A DNA stretch of 64,000 nt from Macrostomum hystrix (lineage: Eukaryota; Animalia; Platyhelminthes). Position numbers and translations under genes: made by a program. Under the pieces are notes generated by a model. That model was given only the letters and a program-made list of their open reading frames with translations. It searched no databases and was not told where the DNA came from. Below, one piece after another: positions 27,820-40,489 of the stretch (its first letter is position 1; each line of letters begins with the position of its first letter). Where the stretch lies: contig CATNEN010000001.1 in NCBI GenBank assembly GCA_950097015.1, forward strand, positions 4,092,001-4,156,000, given 5' to 3'.

Positions 27820-28100
27820 CGTTGCGTTGCCCATTCATGTAGCATTCACATTGCCTATTCACGTTGCCTATTCACGTTGCGTTGCCAATTCATGTAGCAT
27901 TCACATTGCCTATTCACATTGCCTATACATGTTGCCTATTCACGTTGCCTATTCACATTGCCTATTCACATTGCCTATACACGTTGCCTATTCACGTTGC
28001 CTATTCACATTGCCTATTCACATTGCCTATTCACGTTGCCTATTCACGTTGCGTTGCCAATTCATGTAGCATTCGCATTGCCTATTCACATTGCCTATTC
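27820..28100. repeat. 13-bp tandem repeat
   Basis: Unit ttcac(a/g)ttgccta. Confidence 0.9.
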
Positions 28101-28478
28101 CTAAGGCAAGAATTAAAGGATTATGGATTAAGATTTAAGGATTATATCGAATTAAGGATCCGTATGAGAACCAATAAGGTTTTAAGCACTTATCGTCTCT
28201 TGAAAACTGACTTGCTTTCTTAATTTGAACGTTCTTCCCAATAATTTCAATAATTCAAAGTGCATGAAAATCGGGATCCGTCACTATAAATTCTTGCAAA
28301 AAACTTAACAGATCTTATTGTATTCTTAAACGATCTTGCCAGATCTGACTACTTTTCTTGTAATATCTTGCCAGATCGGTCAAGAAAACTCAAGTCAGAT
28401 CTTATACTTTCTTTGCAAAAAGTGCACGATTTTGTAAGTCAGATATGGCAAGATGGCGAAAGTCATTGTCGACTAGGG

Positions 28479-28750
28479 GAGTAGCCGAGCGGTTTGCCTC
28501 TGGCACCAAGGTCCCTGAGCTCGATTCCGCGGCGAAGCCACATTCTTTTGGCGGAGCAGCCGCGGAGAGAAGGCTTGGAGGCTTGCCATGCAATTTACGC
28601 CCTTGAAGAAAGCAGCCTCCAAGGCACAGGGAGAGTGTACACTGCCTGACGATGCTAAAGTCAGGGCAGATGTACACACCTGTGTGAGCGTTTGCTCAGG
28701 AGTCAGCGAAATGGGCAGAATTGCCTCCTCGCTGGCTGCGGGTCTAGTCA
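28479..28750 (+). mobile_element. SINE copy 2 (head clipped, 3' truncated)
   Basis: gtagccgagcgg..gagctcgattccgcggcg..gggcagaattgcctcctcgctggctgcgggtctagt matches 4583-4950. Confidence 0.88.
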
Positions 28751-31593
28751 CTGAAAGATAGGCGAAAACAATGTGCCCGACAACAGGGCAGAAAAGAAAA
28801 CGCGGGCGGTGACAGTTCACGACCCCCTCGAAATTTGCTCGCCTTAGCAGCCCCCGAACAGCCACTATACTCACTACTTAGTGAGCACTGAGTAGTGTAG
28901 AGGGGTCAGGAATGTAGAGGGGCCTGTAAAGAAGTGCAGGGTCGTCAGGAACGTACAGGGGTGTCAGGAAGTCATAAAACTGCTATAGTCCATACACAAG
29001 GCACGTTGGCACGTTGGCACGCTGAGGCGAGTGTCCTGCAACGTATATATTAGCATTGCTGTTGCTGAAGCAAGTCAGGTAATGTAAAGTTTTTTGTCGT
29101 CAGCACTACTTTCCATTCATAGTCAGTGCAGTTGATCAACTCTCCCAACGTTGCACACTGTACTCCAGAGATAGCTGCCATCAGGTTGCAAGGGCAACAA
29201 ACCTTATCAATTAATTTGGCTGTTTCAAAGAGCCGCTACATAATTCTCGCGTTGTTAATAGTGCTGGCTTCTGACGCAACTTCTGCCGCTGGCGAGGGCC
29301 TCTTGGATGCTATAGCGCTGAAAAAATTCTCAGAATCAGATTTGGCTGTCCTTGTCGAGCTGCTGCGTATATATAATTCTGACTTTAACGAAGGCTGATC
29401 AGGCTCCATGTTTTCCTGACGTCCTTCAATCATAATTGGCAAAGCCCGGTTTCAGCCAGCCTTTAAATTCCTCTCAGTCCGGCGGCGTTGTAGTGCTCTT
29501 CAATGATCGACGGGCTAAGTTAAAGTTAGGCCATATCAATTAGCTTGCGCTACTGGAAGACCAAAAAAGTTTCAACACAGATAAGCGCAACTAGGCTTAG
29601 GGTGGGACCAACCAGAACGGAGTCGGGAGGTGCGGACAGTGAGCTATGACAGCCGAGCAAGCAAGGCCCGAGAGGCACAAGGTGTCACATTAGAATAGGC
29701 CTCCGCTATCGAACGCACACAGGCAGGCAGTGCTTTAAAACAAAATTACACCGCAAAATCTATTTATATGTAAATTTTTTGCCTAATAAGTATTGAAATT
29801 GTATGTTAAAGTATTTAAGTGCCAAAATGAAGCTAATTATTTTTTATTTAGCCATTGTATTCTATAAATTCAAATTCGCAATTGACTTCGTTTCGTTATA
29901 ATACAAATTTCTTAACTTAATTTTTTATTCAGAACGCAATGCAGACAACTATAGCAAAATTATATAGCGCTCTTATTAAACATATATCAATTTTGTGTCT
30001 AGAATAGCTTGCAGGAAATAACTAAGTAGTAGTTATCTTTTTCATCCGACATGTGACATAGACATAGTTTAAGCCCCCCCCCCCAAGAGCAAGTGAAGGA
30101 AGACCGATTGCATGGGCCCTGTTAAGTTTTTAAGCTTATTTAATTAATATATATTTCGTTTAACTATTGAATTCGAGTAGCTTTGCCAAACTTACAATAT
30201 ATTTGTTATATTATATATCGACTGGTTTTGTTAAACTGTGATTTTAGCTTTTACACTTACAATTTGTCTCTTATTAAGGGGCCTATTTAAAAAGACAGAT
30301 TTTATTTGATAGGCCTTTCGTTGTTTTCTTTTGTAGCTAAAACAAAGAGCACCAAGCAGTTGTTTAATATTAACAATGATTTTTAATTAGATTTAAAAAA
30401 CTTAAAGGACTTGAAACTTGAAGCTTTAAAGCTAAAAAACTTGAAGAAACTTTAAAAACTTAAAAAAAGTTAAGATTCAAGATAGCAAGCAAGACATCAG
30501 GATCAGGGCAATCCTTCTTTTCCAAGTTTCACACTTCTACTTCAAATTTATTGTATAATGATAGGTTTAAAAACTTGGCATCTTTTCGAATTGTTCTTTT
30601 TGAAAGTGCCATTTCAAATCAATGCAATGACTTCGAATTTCAATCATTAAGATTGCTTTTTTGCAGATACCAAACTGGGGCTGCTTTTTCTGGGGTTCTG
30701 GGAAATTTGTATTTGGCAAATGTTCAGTGGGGGGGATAAAAGCATTGAAATGGTTCACATGTTTGGGAGTGTCTATGGCCCAAAGGGATGAGCTGGTTAG
30801 TGGTAGGGAAAGGGCTTTACTATTTTTCTACTGTTAACTAACACACACTTGAAGTCTCTTAATACCATGACATGTGGCTGCCTGGCAGCGCCATCTAAAC
30901 TCTATATTATTACCCTTGCTGAATTTTGACATGCAATCTTGTAGAATTTGGACACAAAATTTTGATGCTCCTGATATCATTGTTTAATTGTTCTAAAATG
31001 ATTTCCCAATGTTTTTGCATCAATTTGGAATGAAACTTCAGAAAAAAGTTTAATGAACAATTTGAAATTGAAGAACTACAAATGAATAACTATTTAATAA
31101 TTCTTTTTTATATTAACAAATATAGTAAAAACGAAAAAAACTATACAAATATAAAAATGAAATGATAAAAAAACCAACAAAAACATACATGTGCAACCTC
31201 CCAAATCTTAGCCAGCCGTGCGTCTTAGTTTTTAAGCCTAAAATGTGAGATACATTCATTGCTTGCTCTATTTACGACTTAGTTTGCTCTCATTTGCAAC
31301 TTAGTTTGTTGTCCCTTGGTCCCCCTTTGATTTTTTTGTGCTTGGTCGATTGGTTTTTGCAACTTACCTTGCTTGGCCCTCATTTCACCCGGCCAGTTTG
31401 GCTAGGTCAGTCAGGTATTGCGCATGTATGAAAAAAATAACCAACAGGCAACTTAGATGTTATAGTACTCCATTTAGACAGTGTTGTAGTGTCCAACCCT
31501 GAAAAGAATTACTAGTATATTGAAGGTAACAAGGCAAGAATAAGATTTTCTTCATCTCTTAATCCATCCCACCCCTTCTCTTCTCCTTTCTTT

Positions 31594-32063
31594 AAATAAA
31601 AAGGCGAGAATCAACATCATCAATAGCGAGAATCAAAGTCATTGACCAATGCTCATTTGACTCCAAACTGCAGATACTTGAAGCGTTGTACATTAAAGCT
31701 CATTCCCCCAACCTCAACACTCAACTCCAACACAGTGGCGCGGGCCATGTTCTCCGTGTGTTCTGAGGGAGGGGGCACTGGCTATACTTTCTACACTGCT
31801 GGCTGCAATGCTAACAATCCGCCCTTGGACTTGCCTCTTGACTTACGGAATATCAAATATGTACTCAAAAAATTTTAAATTATTGATAAAAAAATATTGA
31901 ATAAAGTTCACCCAAAATCTCATATTTATTCGCTGTTCTATTTGCTATATTTTTTTAATAAACCTGAAGATGCACGAAATGTGCGAAACGCGTCGTTAAA
32001 CGTTAAATGTTGATTCTCGCCTTTTTATTTATATTATTTGCCAAGCGAGCACATTTACCTGAA
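31594..32063 (+). mobile_element. 5'-truncated Penelope-like retroelement with inverted tail and 13-bp TSD
   Basis: 31632-31766 encodes IKVIDQCSFDSKLQILEALYIKAHSPNLNTQ..F*, the typical C-terminus of a Penelope GIY-YIG endonuclease. 25-bp inverted repeat at 31593-31617 / 32007-32031. TSD ttctcctttcttt at 31581-31593 and 32064-32076. Confidence 0.85.
31958..31998 (+). ncRNA. minimal type I hammerhead ribozyme motif
   Basis: aac-CTGAAGA-tGCAC gaaat GTGC-GAAA-cgcg-TC-gtt: catalytic core, stem II, palindromic minimal stem III and a short stem I (aac/gtt). Confidence 0.72.
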
Positions 32064-32823
32064 TTCTCCTTTCTTTGTTTTTATCCATTGACACTGCAAT
32101 GTCATTCTACAAATATTTAGCAAATTATGGATTTTTTGTAGCAGCTAAGAAATTTGTTAGGCCTATCTTATCTTTCGTAAAATAATTAAACATGCAAAAC
32201 TAGATTCCTAACATTATAGCAGTCTGACTGATATAGTAATATAGATATAATTATATATATCATGTTTCACATAATTATATTATATATATAACCATTTTTT
32301 TATTTTATTATTATATAATAAATAACAATTATTTAATTTACTTTCTTGGAAACTATAGCATGACAACATATTGCAGTAACATGGTAATCAAATATGGTAA
32401 ACTATTTAAGGCTAAATACAAACAAAAGCATTATCAAGTAATAGCAGTATTGTTCATTGTGTAGCACTGTTTTTAGACTACAAATTAATTGGTAGTTGTT
32501 TTTACGCTTGGTAAGCTAGTATACTAGTTGACACTTGTCCATAAGGCCATATAATCATATGCCACTAGCTATTATATACTAATACTCGTAGTATCAAAGG
32601 TAATATATTTTAGGGCAATGCAATTACGCTCATGCTAAGGCTAAAAGCAGTGTATAAAAAGTTGAAGACAATCATTTTTGAGTCATTGTAACTTGATAAA
32701 AAATATTCCTTGACTACCTATTGTTACTCACTGTTCCTGTTTTTATTGATGATAAGGGTAAGTACAAATCATACTACTCTGCATAACACTTCAGTTTCAG
32801 TAGTCAGTTAGCCGCCATTCAAC

Positions 32824-33279
32824 ATGGGTCGCATGCACACGCCAGGCAAAGGTTTGAGTCAATCGGCTCTGCCCTATCGTCGCTCCGTGCCGCTCTGGTT
32901 GAAGCTGAGCGCCGATGACGTAATCGATCAAATCTGCAAGCTGGCCAAGAAGGGCCTGACACCCTCCCAGATTGGTGTGATTCTTCGCGACTCGCACGGC
33001 GTTGCCCAGGCTCGCTGGGTGGCCGGCAATAAAATCCTTCGCATCCTGAAGGCCAAGGGTCTGGCCGCCAACCTGCCAGAGGATCTGTACTATCTAATTA
33101 AGAAGGCCGTGGCCATTCGCAAGCATCTGGAGCGCAATCGCAAGGACAAAGACTCCAAGTTTCGTCTGATTCTAGTTGAGAGCCGCATTCATCGCCTGGC
33201 TAGGTACTACAAGACCCGAGGCACCCTACCTAGCAACTGGAAATACGAATCGTCAACCGCCTCTACCCTAGTGGCCTGA
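32824..33279 (+). CDS. RPS13: 40S ribosomal protein S13 (uS15), 151 aa, CDS without introns
   Basis: [58 protein letters not shown]; AATAAA at about 33379. Confidence 0.97.
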   Translation: MGRMHTPGKGLSQSALPYRRSVPLWLKLSADDVIDQICKLAKKGLTPSQIGVILRDSHGVAQARWVAGNKILRILKAKGLAANLPEDLYYLIKKAVAIRKHLERNRKDKDSKFRLILVESRIHRLARYYKTRGTLPSNWKYESSTASTLVA

Positions 33280-33519
33280 GCTTATGTCGAAGCATTGATG
33301 CGCTGGTAGACATGGTGTTTGATATCATTGATCTAATATGTGTTGCCATCACCTGGGAGTGTAAGAGAAAAGAGAACTAATAAAGAAAGCTTAAAAAGGT
33401 TTTGTTGACTGCTGTCTCATTGGAGAAAGAAATGTTTTTCTTGCTTCCGATTTTTTCAATTCTTTAGACTATTTATCATGATTTCCTTTTCCTATCCTTA
33501 AGTCCCTTGAGCTCGAATA

Positions 33520-33830
33520 CGGGCAATGGCAAATCATTTAGTGACACTTGACCAACAGCCAGCGAAGAGGCAATTCTGCCCATTTCGCTGACTCCTGAGT
33601 ACACACGCACACAGATACTGCACACAGACACACACTCACAGGGTGTGTACACCTGCCCTGACTCTCATTGTCAGGCAGTGTACACTCTCATTGGGCCTTG
33701 GAGGTTGGCCCTCAAGGGCGTAAATTGCACAAGCCGCCAAGCCCCAAATAAATGTGGCCTCGCCGCGGAATCGAGCTCAGGGACCTTGGTGCCAGAGGCA
33801 AACGCGTTAACCGCTCTGCCACCGACCTCC
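33520..33830 (-). mobile_element. SINE copy 3, between RPS13 and NEDD4
   Basis: Reverse complement of the SINE head (ccgctctgccaccgacctcc) and body, with internal deletions. Confidence 0.88.
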
Positions 33831-34061
33831 ACACCTGTTGATTAGAAGGTTAAAGGTTCGTAGCGAGACGTAGCAGGAGTTGTAAAATAGCTCAAAATTT
33901 ATTTCTTACAAAGTTTCCACTATATAATTTTCAGACCAACAGCCAGCACCTAACAATAATGGCTTGAGTGCACCGCTCAACCTTTATTAATTGGTTTTAA
34001 ATCAAGCCCATCCAATTTGATTCCGTCGTAAATTAACAAACAAAACATTTAAGTCGCAATC

Positions 34062-37000
34062 ATGCCAACACTTGAGGTGACAATACTGAGGGCGCACAAC
34101 CTAGCCAAGAAGGACATCTTTGGCGCCAGCGATCCGTATGTTAAGATGGCCATCTACAGTAGTCGCTCCGATAGGCAAACGGCCGTTACTAAAACAATGA
34201 AGCGCACATTAAATCCTGTATGGAATCAGTGGTTCCATTTTCACGGCATTGGCAACAGTCACGTGTTGGATATAGAAGTATTCGACGCTAATCGAATCAC
34301 CAAAGACGATTTTCTCGGTCAGTTAAGCTTGCCACTGCGGCATGAACATATTGGCGTAGTCGGTAGAGATACGATTGTGCCCAGGGTGTTAATACTGCAG
34401 CAGAGATCAGAGCGTAGCAGAGTTCGTGGAACTATCGAAATCAAACTGGCTTATCTGCCTGAGATCAACGACGATCAGGCTGAATTGGGCGCCCAGGATG
34501 GCGACGTTGTCAATGGCAACGGCAGCGGAAGCAGCGGTAGTGCCGGCGGCGGCAGCTCCGATTGGGTTGTGGTCGCTGATAATGCCGAAGGTGAGGTCTA
34601 ACTCAGCTATGAGATTCTAGTCTCAGCCATCTCAGCCATGAGATTCTAATCTCATCTATCTCAGTCATGAGATTCTAATCTCATCCATCTAAAAAATGAG
34701 ATTCTAGTCTGATCCATCTTAAAAATAAGATTCTAGTCTCAGCCATGAGATTCTATAGTCTCATCCATCCCAGTCATGAGATTCTAATCTCATCCATCTA
34801 AGAAATGAGATTCTAGTCTCATCCATCTTAAAAATAAGATTCTAGTCTCAGCCATGAGATTCTAGTCTCAGCCATGAGATTCTTGTCTCAGCCATGAGAT
34901 TCTAGTCTCCGCCATGAGATTCTACTCTCATCCATCTCAGCTAAACAATGCTCAAAGCTATAATCCGATCTCTAGGCGACGATGGCGCCGTCATCAGCAC
35001 GGCTCCGCCGCCAAGCACAGCTGAGTCACACATGCCTAGCTGTTGTCCGCACGAGGATTCAGATCTGCCAGCCGGCTGGGAGGCTCGCTGCGACGCCAAC
35101 GGTCGTCGGTACTATGTCGATCACGCTAGTCGGCGCACTCAATGGGAACGACCCCAGGCTGCCTCGGCTCCGTTGCCGCGCGGTTGGCTAGAGAAAACTG
35201 ATCCGCGCGGTCGGGTGTACTATGTGGACCAGGTGGGATTGCTTTTATTGTCGTGCGAAGGATTGACAATTCGGGGACTTAAAGAGATCTGTCTTTAAAT
35301 AGGATATTTTTAGTGGGGAGATCTGTTCTTAAATGGGAGATTTTTAGTGGGGAGATCTGTTCTTAAATGGGAGATTTTTTGTGGGGAGATCTGTTCTTAA
35401 ATGGGAGATTTTTAGTGGGGAGATCTGTTCTTAAATGGGATATTTTTAGTAAGAATCGGTCTTTTAAACTAGTGCCTTCATTAAACGGTCACACCAGGTC
35501 AACCGCCGCACCCAATGGGAGCGTCCAACTATTCCGGCCGTTGCTGAGCCCGCCGATCAGACAGCAGCCACCTCCCAATCTGGCTCTTTAACATCCTCGG
35601 CTTCCAATTCGCCGTCTGCTACGCGGCGGGCGCCGCCCTCGGCCTCGGCCGCATCGTCGACTGGCCCAACCGCGGCCGAGGCATTGTCAGCCGCTGCTCA
35701 ACGCTTTCGCGAGCGTCGCCTAATCTCCCAGGAGGACGCTACGGAGCGCGTCACTCTAGACGATTACATTGTGGGCGGCAATGCGGCCGCTACGGCTAAT
35801 TCGCCTTCGCCTACGCCATCGAGTCCATCGTCTATGGCCTCGCCAACAATGACGGCTGTTGGCGCTGTCGGCTCTGATCAGCAGCAGCGGGCTCATCGCT
35901 CCGGCACCGTGACTTTTAGCGACGAATCTCGGCTGTGCAGCATCGAAGATCTGCCCCTGCCATCCGGCTGGCAGGCTGCCGTAGCACCGAACGGTAGGAA
36001 ATTCTTCATCAATCACAACAACAAGACCACCACCTGGCGTGATCCGCGCGAGGAGACCTACAGAAATCTGTTGGCCCTGGCGTCTGCCAAGGCTAGGGCT
36101 ACAGGCGCCGGTGCTGGCAGAGGACAGTCCTCTATCGCTGGCCTTGGCGGCGGCAATCGGCTTCACGATCTGGGCCCGCTGCCGCCTGGCTGGGAGGAGC
36201 GAGTGCATAGCGACAATCGAGTCTTCTATATTAATCACAATCTGCGCTGCACCCAATGGGAGGATCCGCGACTGGAGCTCAAGCTGGGTGAGACTGCGCT
36301 AGATCCATCCTTTCTCACCCTTCTGTTTCCTTCACTGCCATTCTGCTATATCTTCTCTCCTCTATTCTCTTCCCGCTTTTCTTCCCCTCCATTCTCTCCT
36401 CTCTTCTCCCCTCCATTCTCTCCCCGCTTTTCTCCCTCTTCGTTCCTCCCTCCATTCTTTCCCTCTTTTCTTCCCTTTCATTCTTCCCCTCCATCTCTCC
36501 CCTGTCCTCTTCCCTCCATCTCTCCCCAGTTCTCTTCCCTCCATTCTCTTCTCCCTTTATTTTCATCGCCATTGAATCAGTCCTCAACGGACACACGAAG
36601 AGGTACCATGCCACAATGGGGGCCGCTATTCACTCTGCACAGCATCCGCCGCTCTTCCACAGGTGGACCAGCTGTGCCCTACAGTCGCGACTACAAGCAG
36701 AAATACGAATACTTCCGCAGCCTACTAAAAGCGCCCAAGCAAATGCCGAACTGCAAATTTGATATACGCGTCAAGCGCAGCACTATTTTAGAGGACTCGT
36801 TCAATTGCATTATGAACTGCAAGCAGCCCGATCTCTTAAAGGCGCGATTGTGGGTCGATTTCAGCGATGGAGGTTGGTGATCGTGACTTTTAAATGTTAT
36901 GGGAGAATGCTAGCTAGATATTACTTAATAGTAGATAGATATGGTAAAATTTAGGACCGATATTACAGAATTTGGACAGATATTGCAGAATTTTAAATAG

Positions 37001-39964
37001 GTAATACAGAAATAATGTATGATATTACGTTATTAAGGATCGATATTTCAGAATTGATTTTATATAATACAGAATTTAGGATTGATATTACAGATTTAAT
37101 TGCTTATACTACAGAATTTAGGATTGATATTTCAGATTTAATTGCTTATATTACAGAATTTAGGATTGATATTACAGATTTAATTGCATATATTACAGAA
37201 TTTAGGATTGATATTGCAGATTTAATTGCATATATTACAGATTTAATTGCTTTTATTGCATAATTTAGGATTGATATTACAGAATTTAGGATTGATATTA
37301 CAGAATTTAGGATTGATATTACAGAATTTAGGATTGATATTACAGAATTTAGGATTGATAATACAGAATTTAGGATTGATATTGCAGAATTTAGGATTGA
37401 TATTACGGAATTTAGGATTGATATTACAGAATTTAGGATTGATATTACAGAATTTAGGATTGATAATACAGAATTTAGGATTGATATTGCAGAATTTAGG
37501 ATTGATATTACGGAATCGATTATAGATGTTTCGTAATTTAGAATTGAAATTACATAATTGAGACTCGTTACTACAGAATGTCAAGTGTAATATTTTTAAG
37601 CTTTCCAAATTGTCTAATTTCCAACAGGCAAAGGCTTGGACTACGGAGGCCTAACTAGGGAATGGTTTTTCCTACTCAGCCGAGAACTATTCAATCCCTA
37701 CTATGCACTATTCGAGTATTCGGCTAGCGATAATTACACACTGCAGATTAATCCGCAGAGTGGCTTAGCCAATCCGGATCATTTGAATTATTTCAAATTT
37801 ATTGGCCGTGTCGCCGCTATGGCTATTTGGCACGGCAAATTGTTGGACGGATTTTTTATAAGGCCATTCTACAAAATGATGCTAGGCCGTAAGATTGTAC
37901 TAAAAGACATGGAATCTGTGGACGCCATGTACTTTAATAGTTTGCAATTCATTGTCGACAATAATCCCGAGGATTTAGATTTAACTTTCTCAGTCGAGGA
38001 GGAAGTATTTGGCAAGCAGGTTGAGTACGACCTCATTCCTGATGGTAGAAATATTCTGGTAAGTTTGACACTTTGTTGATGAGATTGATTTGTTGATGGG
38101 TGAAACTGGTTGATAGGAGAAATTTGATAAATTGGTGAGACTGATTGATCGATGTGTGAGACTGATTGATAGATGTGTGAGACTAATTGATAGATATGTG
38201 AGACAGAATGATAGATGTGTGTGACTGATTGATAGATGTGTGAGACTGATTGATAGATGTATGAGACTGATTGATAGATGTGTGTGACTGATTGATAGAT
38301 GTATGAGACTGATTGATAGATGTGTGTGACTGATTGATAGATGTATGAGACTGATTGATAGATGTATGAGACTGATTGATAGATGTGTGTGACTGATTGA
38401 TAGATGTGTGAGACTGATTGATAGATGTGTGTGACTGATTGATAGATGTGTGTGACTGATTGATAGATTTATGAGACTGATTGATAGATGTGTGTGACTG
38501 ATTGATAGATTTATGAGACTGATTGATAGATGTGTGTGACTGATTGATAGATTTATGAGACTGATTGATAGATGTGTGTGACTGATTAATAGATGTGTGA
38601 GACTGATTGATAGATGTATGAGACTGATTGATAGATGTGTGTGACTGATTGATTGAGGGGTGAAAAGGAGATGTAACTAAGAGCTTGTTTGTTCGAGTGC
38701 TATGGTTTGCAATGATCGCTTCGCTTTAGTTCATGTAAGTCTTCTATCTTAATAGTTCAATTACCACCATACAGAACATGACTTTTTGTGTCACATATCT
38801 TAATACATAGGTAACCAATGACAACAAGGACGAATATATTGACAAAGTGATCACTTGGCGCTTTGTCGATCGCGTCAAAGACCAGATGTCGGCCTTCATG
38901 AAAGGCTTCAGCGAGCTTATCGATCCGAGATTCATCCAGATATTTGACGCTGCCGAATTGGAACTGCTGCTGTGTGGCCTGCAGGTAACATTTCTCACCT
39001 TGATACTTGCTGTTTATACCTTTCAGATCCTTCGATTTATGGAATCGCTCAGTTTCTTAGATCCAAAAGAATCCCCTTCAGCAGCTCCTCAGGTCCTGAA
39101 GAATCCCCTTCAGCAGCTCCTCAGGTCCTGAAGAATCCCCTTCAGCAGCTCCTCAGATCCTGAAGAATCCCCTTCAGCAGCTCCTCAGATCCTGAAGAAT
39201 CCCCTTCAGCAGCTCCTCAGATCCTGAAGAATCCCCTTCAGCAGCTCCTCAGATCCTGAAGAATCCCCTTCAGCAGCTCCTCAGATCCTGAAGAATCCCC
39301 TTCAGCAGCTCCTCAGATCCTGAAGAATCCCCTTCAGCAGCTCCTCAGATCCTGAAGAATCCCCTTCAGCAGCTCCTCAGATCCTGAAGAATCCCCTTCA
39401 GCAGCTCCTCAGATCCTTAATAATCCCCTTCAGCAGCTCCTCAGATCCTTAATAATCCCCTTCAGCAGCTCCTCAGATCCTGAAGAATCCCCTTCAGCAG
39501 CTCCTCAGATCCTGAAGAATCCCCTTCAGCAGCTCCTCAGATCTTGAAGAATCCCCTTCAGCACCTCCCCAAGCCTGAAGAATCCCTTTCTCTTGTTTTC
39601 CCAGGACATCGACGTGAACGACTGGAAGCGCAACACCCTATTCAAAGGCGACTATGACACTAATCACCCGGTAATCATTAGTTTCTGGCGCGCTGTGTAC
39701 AGCTTCAACAATGAGACTAGAGCCAGACTGCTACAATTTGTCACCGGCACATCTCGCGTACCGATGAACGGCTTCTCGGAACTGTGGGGCTCTAACGGGC
39801 CGCAGAAGTTCACCATCGAACGCTGGGGCTCGCCAGAACAGTTGCCAAGGGCGCACACCTGTTTTAATAGAATCGACCTGCCGCCTTATCCAGATTATGA
39901 CGACCTGCGCGCTAAACTGCTATTGGCTATTGAGAATAGCGAAGGGTTCGACGGCGTTGATTAA
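34062..39964 (+). CDS. NEDD4: NEDD4-family E3 ubiquitin ligase (C2, 4 WW, HECT; ~916 aa)
   Basis: Exons 34062-34590, 34976-35232, 35498-36287, 36663-36872, 37628-38058, 38811-38984 and 39605-39964 total 2751 nt in frame. Motifs [12 protein letters not shown], four WW domains, [30 protein letters not shown] and a C-terminal FDGVD. Confidence 0.93.
34607..34940. repeat. ~20-bp degenerate repeat, NEDD4 intron 1
   Basis: Unit atgagattctagtctcagcc, with a quasi-palindromic tgaga..tctca core. Confidence 0.85.
35285..35450. repeat. 34-bp repeat, NEDD4 intron 2
   Basis: Unit tagtggggagatctgttcttaaatgggagatttt. Confidence 0.9.
36310..36560. repeat. C/T-rich degenerate repeat, NEDD4 intron 3
   Basis: Recurrent ctccattctct/cccctcc motifs. 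Confidence 0.75.
36950..37520. repeat. 21-bp minisatellite, NEDD4 intron 4
   Basis: Unit gatattacagaatttaggatt, with a 42-bp dimer section. Confidence 0.93.
38135..38655. repeat. 21-bp minisatellite, NEDD4 intron 5
   Basis: Unit actgattgatagatgtgtgag. Confidence 0.93.
39060..39586. repeat. 32-bp minisatellite, NEDD4 intron 6
   Basis: Unit gatcctgaagaatccccttcagcagctcctca, with an internal ctgaag/cttcag stem. Confidence 0.95.
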
Positions 39965-40489
39965 TTGTTTTAAGCCTACGTTATGTAGGATTAATAAGTA
40001 AACTGCGAAATGCAATTAATTATTTATTAATTGCTTCAAGTTTAATTTGCAAGTAGATTATTAGTTCAATAATTATTCTGCTATCCTTTATAATAAATAT
40101 TTATGCTTCATTGTGCAGAGTATGTGCTTATAAAAATTGTTTTCCATTTTGTGATATCGACAATAAATTTGGGAAAGAATTACAAAACGCAATGACGTCA
40201 TATTTTTGTACAACAAATAACTGCTTGCGAGTATATTTCTATTCTTATGAAAGAGTTTTGTTGATCTTATAAAGCTTACTTTTTTATTAAGCTTGCGAGT
40301 CGTTTTGGCTTGAAGATTTCATTTTTCCGGCTGCACCTTATATAAAATAGAATACTTTTATCTGGATAATGCTTATTTTATAATGCTTTTAATTTACAAT
40401 AAGGAACCAAATTTTTTGCTTATCGCTTTAGCCAAAAAACATGGCTAAGGACCACTGTTATCAAGTTTAGAGCGAGTTGGTTGTATGAA

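Larger units (their letters stand above)
24211..28478. mobile_element. CACTA/EnSpm-like DNA transposon remnant (4.27 kb)
   Basis: Left end ccctagttgacaat..atctgactta matches the reverse complement of the right end (ccctagtcgacaat..atctgactta). 2-bp TSD GA at 24209-10 and 28479-80. Subterminal agatctgac/gtcagatc repeats at both ends; internal transposase-like fragment. Confidence 0.75.
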
